Source of the DNA: Octopus vulgaris
Taxonomy: Eukaryota
Direction of reading: 5' to 3'
Length of the DNA: 64,000 nucleotides
Assembly (NCBI GenBank): GCA_951406725.2
Contig: OX597815.1
Coordinates: 56,296,001 to 56,360,000 of the forward strand
Shown here: piece after piece, positions 1 through 11,534 of the stretch
Position numbering within the stretch: the stretch's first letter is position 1
How the letters are laid out: every line of letters starts with the position of its first letter
Notes under the pieces: generated by a model
Told to the model about the DNA's origin: nothing
Database searches by the model: none
What the model saw: the letters and a program-made list of their open reading frames with translations, nothing else
Position numbers and translations under genes: made by a program

Positions 1-337
1 CCAGCGAACTGTACGTATCAGACATTCTTTTACGTGCACCTCGTCTGGCCTCATATACTGTATTAAATGCAAACTATGCGGGATGCTGTATGTAGGACAG
101 ACGGGACGCCGGTTGTCTGACCGATTCGCCGAACATCTGAGGGACGTTCGCCTACGTTCTTTTTCTCCCGTCACACGCCACTTCCGCTCGGCCAGCCATT
201 CCCCTGATGACATCTCTGTGTTTGGTCTCGCCCCACACACCGGTCGTCCACTATCTAGGCTCCACTTGGAGCAACGCTACATCTTCACCCTACAAACAAC
301 TACCCCACACGGACTCAACACAGACCCCTCCGCTTAG
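1..337 (+). mobile_element. Penelope-like element, C-terminal GIY-YIG endonuclease (ORF open past the window start)
   Basis: Frame 2 reads FTCTSSGLIYCIKCKLCGMLYVGQTGRRLSDRFAEH...H...LEQRYIFTLQTTTPHGLN, the PLE GIY-YIG pattern with a CxxC insert. Confidence 0.9.
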
Positions 338-339
338 GG

Positions 340-3030
340 ATTTTTTTTCGAAAAAACACCCCTCCCCACATACCTACTTCCAACACACCTACCTCCAACA
401 CACCACACACACACAACCTACTTACTCACTTGTACGCACACATACTTCTACACCTATACATACCCACGCGCACACACACACGCCCGTTCACACACACACA
501 CACATACGCATACACATCTACGTACATACATACATACATACATACATACACACATACATACATACGCACATACATACACACATACACACACACACACATT
601 GTACATACATACTTTACATACATACATACACACACACACATGCACACATACACGCATGCACATACACATACATACATACATACCTACACACGCACACGTT
701 TACACGAATGCACGCACACATACATATATTTGCATCCTGGCGCACCCCCTTTCTTTTGGGTTTAGGGGTTGATGGATCTTCGGTTCTCGTGGTGTGGGTG
801 TCCGGGGGTCCGCGCGCGCGCGCTTCGACACGGGCCTGGGGTCGGGTCGGCTCCATATGTGTGCGTTGTTTTGTTTGTGTGTTGTGTGTGGGAGCTTGCT
901 TCGTGTGTGTGTGTGTGTGTACATACATACACACACACATGCATGCATGCACGTGCGCGCACCTACATACCTACATACATACACGCACACACACTTACAC
1001 ATATACATACATACACACACACACATACACACATACATACATACACACACACATACATACATACACCCATGCACATACACATATACACACATACTTACAT
1101 ACTCTCATACGGACACACATACACACAGACATACACACACACACACATACATACACACACACATACTTACACACACACTCGCCTGCACGCGCACACACAT
1201 GCATGACATACACCCATACACTCACTCACACACACACATACACACACACCCACATATACACGCACACGCACACATACACACACACGCACCTACACTCCCA
1301 CATACTTACATACGCACCTACATACACACGCACACGCATACATACACACACACACGCATACATACACACACACACACACGCATACATACATACATTACAT
1401 ACGTACACACACACACATACATTCATACCTTCACTCATACAGACATACATACACACACACACACAAACATACACAGACACACACCCATACATACATACAC
1501 ACATACATACACCTATACACTCACGCCTACACACATACACACACACATACATAGACACACACATACACACACATATACGCACATACACATATACTTACAC
1601 ACATGCACACACACACACACACATACACATACATACGCACATGCATACACACACATACACGCATGCACGCATACATACATACATACATACGCACACACGC
1701 ACACGCATGCACACATACATACATACACACACACATACATACATACACACACACACACTTCCACACATACATACACACACACACATACACACACACATAC
1801 ATACATACATACACTCATACACATACACACACACATACTTACATACTCATACGGACACACATACACACAGGCATACACACATACACACTCACACATACAT
1901 ACACACACACACATACTTACATACACACTCGCATGCACGCGCACACACATGCACACACACACACTTCTACACATACATACATATACACACACACACACAT
2001 ACATAGATACATACATACACCCATACACACACATATACACACACACATACTTACATACACTCATACGGACACACATACACACAGACACACAGACATACAC
2101 ACATACACACTCACACATACATACACACACACATACTTACACACACACTCGCATGCACGCGCACACACATGCATGCGCGCGCTCGCGCACGCATACATAC
2201 ATGCATGCACGCACGCCTGTGGGTTCTGGCTATATCTTGGGTTCGTATCTGGGGCCGGCGCGTTCTGGGTTTCTCTTACGCCTGTCACCGCGGGAGTATT
2301 TTTCCATCATTCCTTCAGTTGCGAATTGTTTCCTTGCATGCATATATATACACACACATAAACATATAAACACACATATAATACCCCTACTTTTTGTACA
2401 CACACGCACATACATACATACATTCACTCCCACGCACTCACACACACACATTTACATATATATACACAATACACTTACACACACTTACACACGTACAAAC
2501 ACACACGAATTCACATGCACACCGGCACATACACACACGCAACATATACCTCCACGCGCACGCACACATACACATACGTACACACATATAAGCACTGACA
2601 CACACATACATACGCACACCAAAACATGCGCACACACACGCACGCATACATACATACATGCACACAATTATACATATACGCACACACACACACCCACACA
2701 TACACTCAGTTAAGCACAGTTACTCGCCATACACACAAAAAACGCACACGTACACACACATACTACAACAAAACACACACACGGGACGTACACACGCACG
2801 CACACATTCCCCTTCTTCCTCCTTTTGCTTCTGACCTGTGACTCGCTACGACCACTAGACTTCGCCCAACATACACACACATACACACACACGCACGCAC
2901 TAATAAACACACACACCTGTCATCTCGCAGACCGTTACTACTGCTGCTTGCCACTAGCCGTCGCCCAACATATACATACATACACACACACGCATACACT
3001 CACACGTACACCTTCTTCATCTCACACACT
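340..3030. repeat. Compound (CA)n/(TACA)n microsatellite tract, probably the expanded 3' UTR of the PLE
   Basis: Directly visible; source of all the HT/YI/VC-rich ORFs. Confidence 0.95.
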
Positions 3031-3182
3031 GTGTCTTACCTTCCTTCTTTTTCCGCTCTCCTGTCTTTGAAAACCTGTACCCACTTGTCTACCACTTCCG
3101 CCTCTCAGTATGTTTACCTCGTGAAGACCACTCGCGTTTTTTTCCCTCTGTCCTCCCACCTCGGGATCTTTCTTTCTCTTAT

Positions 3183-3217
3183 GTTTCCGACGAAGAGCTC
3201 CGCTCGAAACGTCATAC
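3183..3217 (+). ncRNA. Minimal hammerhead-like motif (CCGACGA core variant) in the PLE 3' pseudo-LTR
   Basis: gttt-CCGACGA-a-gagc-tcc-gctc-GAAA-cg-TC-atac; downstream of the GIY-YIG ORF and followed by (TA)n from about 3314. Confidence 0.55.
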
Positions 3218-3309
3218 CCTCCTTCTTCCCGTTTTTCCTGAGCGCCTAATAATACTTTAATTGTTCCACCTCTTTGCGTTGTTGTCTTTTTTGTTTTCTT
3301 GTTGGATTA

Positions 3310-3372
<63 letters not shown>

Positions 3373-3417
3373 CAGCGTACATACACTTTGGTCTCTGTAT
3401 GTATATATATATATATA

Positions 3418-3795
3418 TACTCTTTTACTTGTTTCAGTCATTTGACTGCAGCCATGCTGGAGCACCGCCTTTAGTCGAGTAAGTTGACCCCAGGACTTAT
3501 TCTATCGATCTTTTTTACTAAACCGCCAAGTTACAGGAACGTAAACACACCAACGTCGGTTGTCAAGTGATGTTGGGGGACAGACACACAAACATATACA
3601 CACACATACATATGCATATATATACATATACAACGGGCTCCTTCCAGTTTCGTCTACCAAATCCATTCACAAGGCTTTGGTCAGCCCGAAGCTATAGTAG
3701 AAGACACTTGCCCAAGGTGTCACGCAGTGGGACTGAACCCGGGACCATGTCGTTGATAAACAAGCTGCCTACCCCCCCAGCCACTCCTGTGCCTA
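3418..3795 (-). mobile_element. tRNA-derived CORE-type SINE
   Basis: Minus strand has a tRNA-like head with B box GGTTCAGTCCC, a CORE-like GACACCTTGGGCAAGTGTCTT, an internal microsatellite and the tail ...GACTGAAACAAGTAAAAGAGTA; second copy at 13366-13715. Confidence 0.8.
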
Positions 3796-3859
3796 GGTAC
3801 AACTGAAGAAGGGGAATATTCTTTATGTTGTATGTCTCGATTCTCTGTTTTTTAATGAC

Positions 3860-5797
3860 ATAAAGTCACACAAGTTAGAAATCATAGCCATAAGTGAGAC
3901 CAGACTCCATAATCCACAGGCACTAAAGTCCATATTTGGCGGACAGTTTAACATTTATTTTTCTCCCTGTCTGCCGAGAATGGACGGTAGTGGTACCGCG
4001 GTACTTTTTCGCAAGAGTCTGGATATCGAAGTAAAGACAATATTCGTAGACCCGGATGGTAGACTGGTCGTCCTAGATGTCGACGGCAGCAATGGCTGCG
4101 CTTTTCGACTCGTATCAGTCTACGCACCGCCTTTAACAGGTCGGCCGGATTTCTTTCGACGTCTAGAAGTATTCCTAGGAACGTCTCGTCTTTTACTTTT
4201 AGTGGGGGATTGGAATGCTACCTTGGACACGCATGTAGACTACGTGAGTAGAGATTGGAATAGACGGTGATGCAAATGCTTCAGAGACCTGCTCAAACGC
4301 TTTCAACTGTCTGACAGGTACCGACTCGACCACCTGAATGCGCCAAAGTGGACATGGAGCAACCGCATTGGGTCGTCGAGATCGTTTCTAGATAGGATAC
4401 TGTACAGGACAGTAGATAGAGATAGCGTAGGGTGTCCATAATTCCACATAGTCGGCAACACGGATCACAAACTTGTGACGTGTACGCTAGACTTAGGTAA
4501 GACACATAGGCAGGGTCCCGGGTACTGGAAACTAAACGCGTCTTTCCCATCGAGACAGGTTTTCAGGGACCCGATTAGACGAGATAACGAGTAGGGTTGT
4601 CACTCTCTCCCGGCAATGGGCCGAGAGGAAGCTGTCGGGCGGAGGTGGCGAACACATACATCGCGTCCGTAATCTGCTACCGCCTGATCGTCGTGCCTTG
4701 TCCTGACCCTACCATCACCAAACTAGAACGCATTCTCTTCCGCTTCTTTGGGAAAGGATGCGTTCCGATGATCAGGCGATCCATTTGCTGCCAACACCCG
4801 TTAAAAGGAGGGCTGGGCATGCCGTGGTTGATGATGCGCAGACACACGCTAAGACTGTGACATCTCCGGCTCTACGTTGACGACGGTGAACAGGTGTGGT
4901 CGCCGTTTGTGAAGCCGCTTTCCCGCAGCTCGATTCCATGACCGAACTGCAGTCGTGGATCAAAAAGAGGCCGAGGAAGGGCGGATGGCACCGCAAGTGT
5001 CGCGTTGCTCTCAAGCAACTATGCCGTCCCGGGTCGACCAAAGCATTCTATAGGGGATTAGTGGAGGGGAGGTACGATGACGATCTCCTGTCCGAGATGT
5101 GGTCAGAACGACGAAACCATCCTGCACACACTCGTAACAGTGTCCAACAATTTCCGACCTGTGGGTCTATGTCAAACGACTGCTATCACGTGTGGGACGA
5201 GTCGGTTTATCAACCGAGTCTATCGTAAATATTGTCGTGCCTCCTTCCTTGAAACGGGAAGGAAGAGCCATTTTCATCGTTCTTGTGGCTATGGCGAAAG
5301 AAAATTATATTGGACGTGTCTGAAAGGTCTAGAGATGAGAGTTGAGAGGGAAGCTTTGTCTAGTGAAAGTTTCAAATAAAGAAAGGTGAATGTAGCAAGG
5401 ATGACACGTGTGAATGACGGAGCCAGCTTGAGCATAATCCTATGAACCAGAATAAAAAAAAACGAAGGAAAAATAGAGCCACTTACTGTAATGTGTTTTC
5501 TTTTTGCATGAAACTATTGCCCAAGGTTCCCGTGGTCTTTTCTGTAGGCTTTTCTTTCCACGGACAAACCTAATCTGTTTTTCCCTTTTACATTAACATT
5601 TCTGTGATACACGATCCCTATTGATCGGCCCCACTTTTCTTTTCACGTTCCCTTTTGATCGGAATTCGCCCCCCCTTTTTTATTCTTCTTTTCATGATTC
5701 CTTTTGATTGGAATTCACCCCTCCTTTTTTCCCCTTCTCTTCTTCCCAAAAAGAAAAGCTCTACTTCTATGTTTAGCTCTGCGTGGCCAATAAGGAA
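3860..5797 (+). mobile_element. Internally deleted L1/Tx1-clade LINE (APE endonuclease joined to the C-terminal zinc knuckle; RT core missing)
   Basis: IIAISETR, GTAVLF, DPDGRLVVLD, VSVYAPP, VGDWNA, DHKLV, GPGYWKLN, then KGGLGMP and CPRCGQNDETILH; ends at (TCTA)n. Confidence 0.8.
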
Positions 5798-6060
5798 ATC
5801 TATCTGTCTGACTATCTATCTGTCAATCTATCTACCCACCTATCTTTCTATCTATCTATCTCCATTGTCATGGAACCCCACCCCCAAAAATAAAAAAAAG
5901 TGTTCTCCTCTTCTAAACAAAACACCTGATATAAATGAACAAGCTGCTTGTAAATTCATAAAATTCTATTTGACAAGTTTGAGAAACGAACGATAGCGCT
6001 CATAATAATCAATAAATAAAAAGATTTTTTCCAAAATCCTGGTGACCTTTTCTCTCTCTT

Positions 6061-6093
<33 letters not shown>

Positions 6094-6179
6094 GTAGGTC
6101 CCGGGTTGATTCGGGGTTAACCACAGTAAGTAAGGTACTCAATACATAGCAGAGTAAAATTAATTTATTATATAGAAGG

Positions 6180-6230
6180 AGCTTCTACAGGACTAGTACT
6201 GTTTCATTCAAGAGAAATCTTCAGGAAGCT
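6180..6230 (-). ncRNA. Type I hammerhead ribozyme (inverted copy of 7033-7083)
   Basis: Reverse complement of the 7033-7083 motif. Confidence 0.8.
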
Positions 6231-6613
6231 ATTTAACAAGAATTGTATTAGCATTTATACATTTAGGCAGGTTTAAAGGAGTGGTGGTGGGGGACTTTTT
6301 GGGGGTAGGCATAGCGCAAAATATCAAACTTGGGGGAGTGGTCAAGGAGTCAGTGGTAAGTTAGATGAAAGAATAGATAAATAAAAAAATAAAATAAAAA
6401 ATAAAAAAATAAAAAAATAAAAAAATAAAAAAATAAAAAAATAAAATAAAAAAATAAAAAAAATAAAAAAATTAAAAAATAAAAAGTATATATAAAAAAT
6501 ATATATATAAAAAAATATATATATAAAAAAAGGGGGGATAGAGTTATAGGTAAATAAGGAGATTCTCACTTATACCTATACACATATGTATACGTATCTA
6601 CACACATATATAT

Positions 6614-6662
<49 letters not shown>

Positions 6663-7032
6663 TATATACACACATACATACATATCTACATACACACATA
6701 CATACACCCGCCCACATATACAAATTTATACACATGCACATGCATATACCTGTCTACACATACACACACGTATATATGCATACACTCACTCCCATGCATG
6801 CACGCATACACACATGTATATATATACCCACGACCACACATACATATATACACAGAAAAATATATATTCATACGCACATACACTCATGCACACACAACTA
6901 ACTTACCACTGACTCCTTGACCACTCCCCCAAGGTTGATATTTTGCGCTATGCCTACCCCCAAAAAAGTCCCCCACCACCACTCCTTTAAACCTGCCTAA
7001 ATGTATAAATGCTAATACAATTCTTGTTAAAT

Positions 7033-7083
7033 AGCTTCCTGAAGATTTCTCTTGAATGAAACAGTACTAGTCCTGTAGAAGCT
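7033..7083 (+). ncRNA. Type I hammerhead ribozyme
   Basis: agcttc-CTGAAGA-t.ttc.tctt.gaa.t-GAAA-cag-tactagtc-ctg-TA-gaagct: full core and three stems; loop III contains the palindrome ACTAGT. Confidence 0.8.
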
Positions 7084-7970
7084 CCTTCTATATAATAAAT
7101 ATATATATATATATATATATATACACAATTGCAGCGTGGAAGGTGTTTATAAGCCATTTAAGAAACACAAAAGCCGTTCGATTCACTTCAACATTTAAGT
7201 TTAATTTGTCAAAATATTTTCGTCGCTAAAATCCGCGACCTGTTCACTGACAAAAATCCGTGCTGCATCTGAGAAAGTTAGTTCGTCATATATATGTACG
7301 TATGTATGTGTGTATGTATGCATACATGTGTGTATGTATGTATGTATGCATGTATGTATGTATGTATATATGTATGTGTGTGTATATGCACGCACATACA
7401 CACTATAAACATAAAGCTATAAACCTGTAGCGATGGATAGATGTAGAGTGACCACTCATCACAATAATAGCAAATTTCAACTACCACCCCCCACCGAAGC
7501 CTGGAAGTGATTTATGACCCTTACTCCCAAAACTATACCCTAAAACCTATTATCAGATATTTATCTCTATATCACAGAACTTTTGTTTTACTATTGTGCG
7601 TATGTATGTATGTATGTGCGTATGTATGTATGTATGTATGTATGTATGTATGTATGTATGTATGTATGTATGTATGTATGTATGTATGTATGTATGTATG
7701 TATGTATGTACATACGTACGCATGTGTGTATGTATGTATACGCGCACGTATGCATGTGCCCATGTATGTGTGTGCGTATGTACGTGTGTATGCCCATACG
7801 TAGGTATGTATGTATGTTTGTACTCATGTGCTACGTATGTATGTGAGTGTCTAGGAGAATGGGCAGACGTGTCTGTGAGAGTGTGTACATGTGTATGTGT
7901 ATGTGAACGTGTAGACTAACCCTCTAAACACCCCAGTAAACGATTACCCGTCCTAGATACTGAGCTATGG

Positions 7971-8936
7971 ATGGAAGATGCTATGGTTAATGGAACCATT
8001 AAACCCTGTATACTCCACTCACACTATCAGAAACCGATGGCTAATCCACTAGTAATCCGTAGTGACTCAGCTATGTCGGATACTGCCAAACTCAACATCC
8101 TAGTGACAGACTTAATTAGAGTAATGAGGAATGTATCACCACTATGCCAACCACAAGAACGACAACAACACATCCAGCACTACATATTCCGAATGCAACG
8201 CTCCGGATACACACAAGACAATAGAGTCAGGATGTACAAAAGAGCGAAAGCTAGATTCGAACGCATTCTAAGGAACGACGAAAACGGTATATGCCCCCTA
8301 TACCGCAACAAGTTCTGGAATAGGTTAGAGAGGGACACCAACAAAAGGATGAGAAACGTTACTTGGTACGATAACAGGAGATTTCACGGAGTAATGTTCG
8401 TTGACGCCACACCTAAGAACGAGCTAGGTAAGGCATTCAAGAAAATCCTGCGCACTACGGGCCTAAAAATTAAAGTTGTAGAAAAGACAGGTAGGACAAT
8501 CAAATCGGCATTATGCAGATCATATCCATTTGATAGAATCACCTGTCAAAGTAATTGTGCAGTATGTTCGACAAATCCACATGTAAATTACAGAACCAAG
8601 GGCACTGTATACCAGATTAAGTGCCAGGAGGGAGCTTGCGCGACTAACCCAGAGTCATACATAGGTGAGACTTCTAGAAGCATCAATGATAGGTTCAAAG
8701 AACACCTGGACAACTACATTGAAAGGAAGCCAAACTCCATCTTCTACCAACATGCTGTAGACTGCCACAAAGGATCCTTAGGGAAACTTAAGTTGAACAT
8801 CCTATCAACACATCCCACCGATGCAATGTTGAGACAGGTCACAGAAGCTGTTTGTATACAAGAATACAAACCTACTCTCAACCGAAAGTCCGAATGGAGT
8901 CACATCCAGATCCCATTCAGAAGGACTATTCTATAA
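7971..8936 (+). CDS. PLE polyprotein fragment: RT thumb/linker and GIY-YIG endonuclease
   Basis: Upstream in-frame RLPVLDTELW; HYQKP; GTVYQIKC...YIGETSRSINDRFKEH...H...H; EAVCIQEYKPTLN. Confidence 0.9.
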   Translation: MEDAMVNGTIKPCILHSHYQKPMANPLVIRSDSAMSDTAKLNILVTDLIRVMRNVSPLCQPQERQQHIQHYIFRMQRSGYTQDNRVRMYKRAKARFERILRNDENGICPLYRNKFWNRLERDTNKRMRNVTWYDNRRFHGVMFVDATPKNELGKAFKKILRTTGLKIKVVEKTGRTIKSALCRSYPFDRITCQSNCAVCSTNPHVNYRTKGTVYQIKCQEGACATNPESYIGETSRSINDRFKEHLDNYIERKPNSIFYQHAVDCHKGSLGKLKLNILSTHPTDAMLRQVTEAVCIQEYKPTLNRKSEWSHIQIPFRRTIL

Positions 8937-9919
8937 CCACCCCTCTCTCTCTCTCTCTCTCGTTTACTTGTAGTCCTTACATACAGGTTGCAATGCGTAT
9001 GTGCAGTTATATATAACCGTATGAGCGTACGTTGTTTGATACGTACTGTTGCACTTAGGCGTTGTATCCATTCACAGTTAGACGGTGATGAGAGGAACAA
9101 ACACACACCCACACATATATATATATATGTGTGTGCGTCTATACAAACATATATGTGAATATGTATACAACCTTCAACAAAGTAACAGTCATGTACACAA
9201 CTTGGACGGACACATGCCAGTACACGGACATACGTTCACATACACATACACATGTACACACTCTCACAGACACGTCTGCTCATTCTCCTAGACACTCACA
9301 TACATACGTAGCACATGAGTACAAACATACATACATACCTACGTATGGGCATACACACGTACATACGCACACACATACATGGGCACATGCATACGTGCGC
9401 GTATACATACATACGCACATGCGTACATACATACATACATACATACATACATACATACATACATACATACATACATACATACATACATACATACATACAT
9501 ACATACATACATACATACATACATACATACATACATACATACGCACAATAGTAAAACAAAAGTTCTGTGATATAGAGATAAATATCTGATAATAGGTTTT
9601 AGGGTATAGTTTTGGGAGTAAAGGTCATAAATCACTTCCAGGCTTCGGCGGGGCGGTAGTTGAAATTTGCTATTATTGTGATGAGTGGTCACTCTACATC
9701 TATCCATCGCTACAGGTTTATAGCTTTATGTTTATAGTGTGTATGTGCGTGCATATACACACACATACATACATGCATACATACATACATACATACATAC
9801 ATACATACATACATACATACATACATACATACATACACATATGTATGCATACATACACACATACATACGTACATATATATGACGAACTAACTGTTACTTT
9901 CTCAGATGCAGCACGTATT

Positions 9920-9969
9920 TTTGTCAGTGAACAGGTCGCGGATTTTAGCGACGAAAATATTTTGACAAA
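9920..9969 (+). ncRNA. Hammerhead-architecture motif with non-canonical core GTGAACAG (inverted copy at 7205-7254)
   Basis: tttgtca-GTGAACAG-gtcgc-ggatttta-gcgac-GAAA-atat-TT-tgacaaa. Confidence 0.55.
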
Positions 9970-10275
9970 TTAAACTTAAATGTTGAAGTGAATCGAACGG
10001 CTTTTGTGTGTTTCTTAAATGGCTTATAAACACCTTCCACGCTGCAATTGTTTTCGTTTCAGCACACGTTCTCAGATCAAATTACTTGCTATGCGAGTAC
10101 ATCTATATATATATATATATATATATATAAATATATCTGTATTATATTATATAAATTATATATCTGTATTATATATATATATATTGGCAGTATATTGGAT
10201 ATATATTATCCCATGGTGGGTTGAATTTTCAACCCCTATCTCATTTTATAATATATATATATATATATATACACA

Positions 10276-10522
10276 CAAAATTTAGAGGAATGACCACTAA
10301 AGTAGACATCCGATATGTTAAACATAGACGTCAAATCGCCATTATCCCGAAGAATGTGTTCTAAAGAGAAATCTCCGCAAAAAACCAAAATGCAAAAATA
10401 AGCAAGACAAATGAAAATACATTTTGATTTTTTGCTGAGATTTTTCCTTGTAATAATGGCGATTTGACGTCTATGTTTAGCATATTGGATGTCCACTTTA
10501 GTGGTCATTCCTCTAAATTTTG
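10276..10522. repeat. Hairpin/MITE-like element with about 70-bp inverted arms
   Basis: 10276-10346 pairs with 10453-10522; follows (TA)n. Confidence 0.75.
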
Positions 10523-10661
10523 CATGTAACACAATTTTTGATCGTCGGATTTTTTTAATATGCTAAGCCACTGGTTTTAATTGCTTAATATCAATTTCTA
10601 CCCTTATTATTTTATATATATATATATATACATATTCATATATATATATATATATATATAT

Positions 10662-11534
10662 ATAAATGAAAGAATGGAGTCGAAGATGTTAACAAAATTC
10701 CTTTACCCTCGACACATGTTTCGAAGACAGCATGTTTTCATTCCAAAGGAATAAAGGGTGCATTATGCAATCTTCTCATCAGGAAAGAAAGGGAGCCTCT
10801 CTCGACAACAAGACAAACAAAAATTTCGATGATTGCCTACATGGTAAACAAAGCGATAATGAGTGTTTTTTTTAAAAACCGTTAAAAGAATTGACGTCAA
10901 AAATAGGTAGGGAACAGTATGTTTGCTGTATGTATGATAACGATAGTCACTGTGGTTTGAACAATTAGCTTTACGTCCACCCCACTGCTATAGAAAAATT
11001 CTTTCCTAAGCCTTCGAACATTCTTTCAATCAACGTACCCTTCCCTCTCCACTTGTTCCCTACCTATTATTCCTTTATACCTTCTCTTCCTACTATCTTT
11101 CTTTGACGTCTGTCTCTCTCTCACACACACACAATCACACACACAGACACAAATGCAGTTATCCACACACACATACACACACACAAACACACGCACTCAT
11201 TAACACAAGAACACACCCACACATTTCCATACATACAGCAAACATACTGTTCCCTACCTATTATTACTTTATCCCTTCTCTTCCTACTATCTATTTTTGA
11301 CGTCAATTCTTCTAACGGTTTTTTTTTTAAAACACTCATTATCGCTTTGTTTACCATGTAGGCAATCATCGAAATTTTTGTTTGTCTTGTTGTCGAGAGA
11401 GGCTCCCTTTCTTTCCTGATGAGAAGATTGCATAATGCACCCTTTATTCCTTTGGAATGAAAACATGCTGTCTTCGAAACATGTGTCGAGAGTAAAGGAA
11501 TTTTGTTAATATTCGACTCCATTCTATCATTTAT
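10662..11534. mobile_element. Non-autonomous fold-back PLE-type element (arms about 10662-10936 and 11228-11534)
   Basis: Inverted arms, an internal direct partial repeat (11054-11110 similar to 11248-11303), one HHR per arm; preceded by (TA)n. Confidence 0.8.
11411..11492 (+). ncRNA. Minimal type I hammerhead with long loop II (inverted copy at 10706-10787)
   Basis: ctttc-CTGATGA-gaaga-[43 nt]-tcttc-GAAA-catgtg-TC-gagag. Confidence 0.8.

Larger units (their letters stand above)
6095..7100. mobile_element. Non-autonomous fold-back element (arms 6163-6364 and 6898-7100) with one HHR per arm
   Basis: About 200-bp near-perfect inverted arms, low-complexity spacer, (TA)n on both sides. Confidence 0.8.
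7125..10103 (+). mobile_element. 5'-truncated Penelope-like element with an inverted copy of its 3' region (arms 7125-7910 and 9232-10051) and a short 3' tail
   Basis: About 800-bp inverted arms enclose an RT-thumb/GIY-YIG ORF; (TA)n on both sides. Confidence 0.9.

Noticed and set aside
207-2713. Long His/Thr/Tyr-rich ORFs (599 and 639 aa) and Val/Cys-rich antisense ORFs
   Set aside because: Stop-free translations of (CA)n/(TACA)n microsatellite, open in several frames
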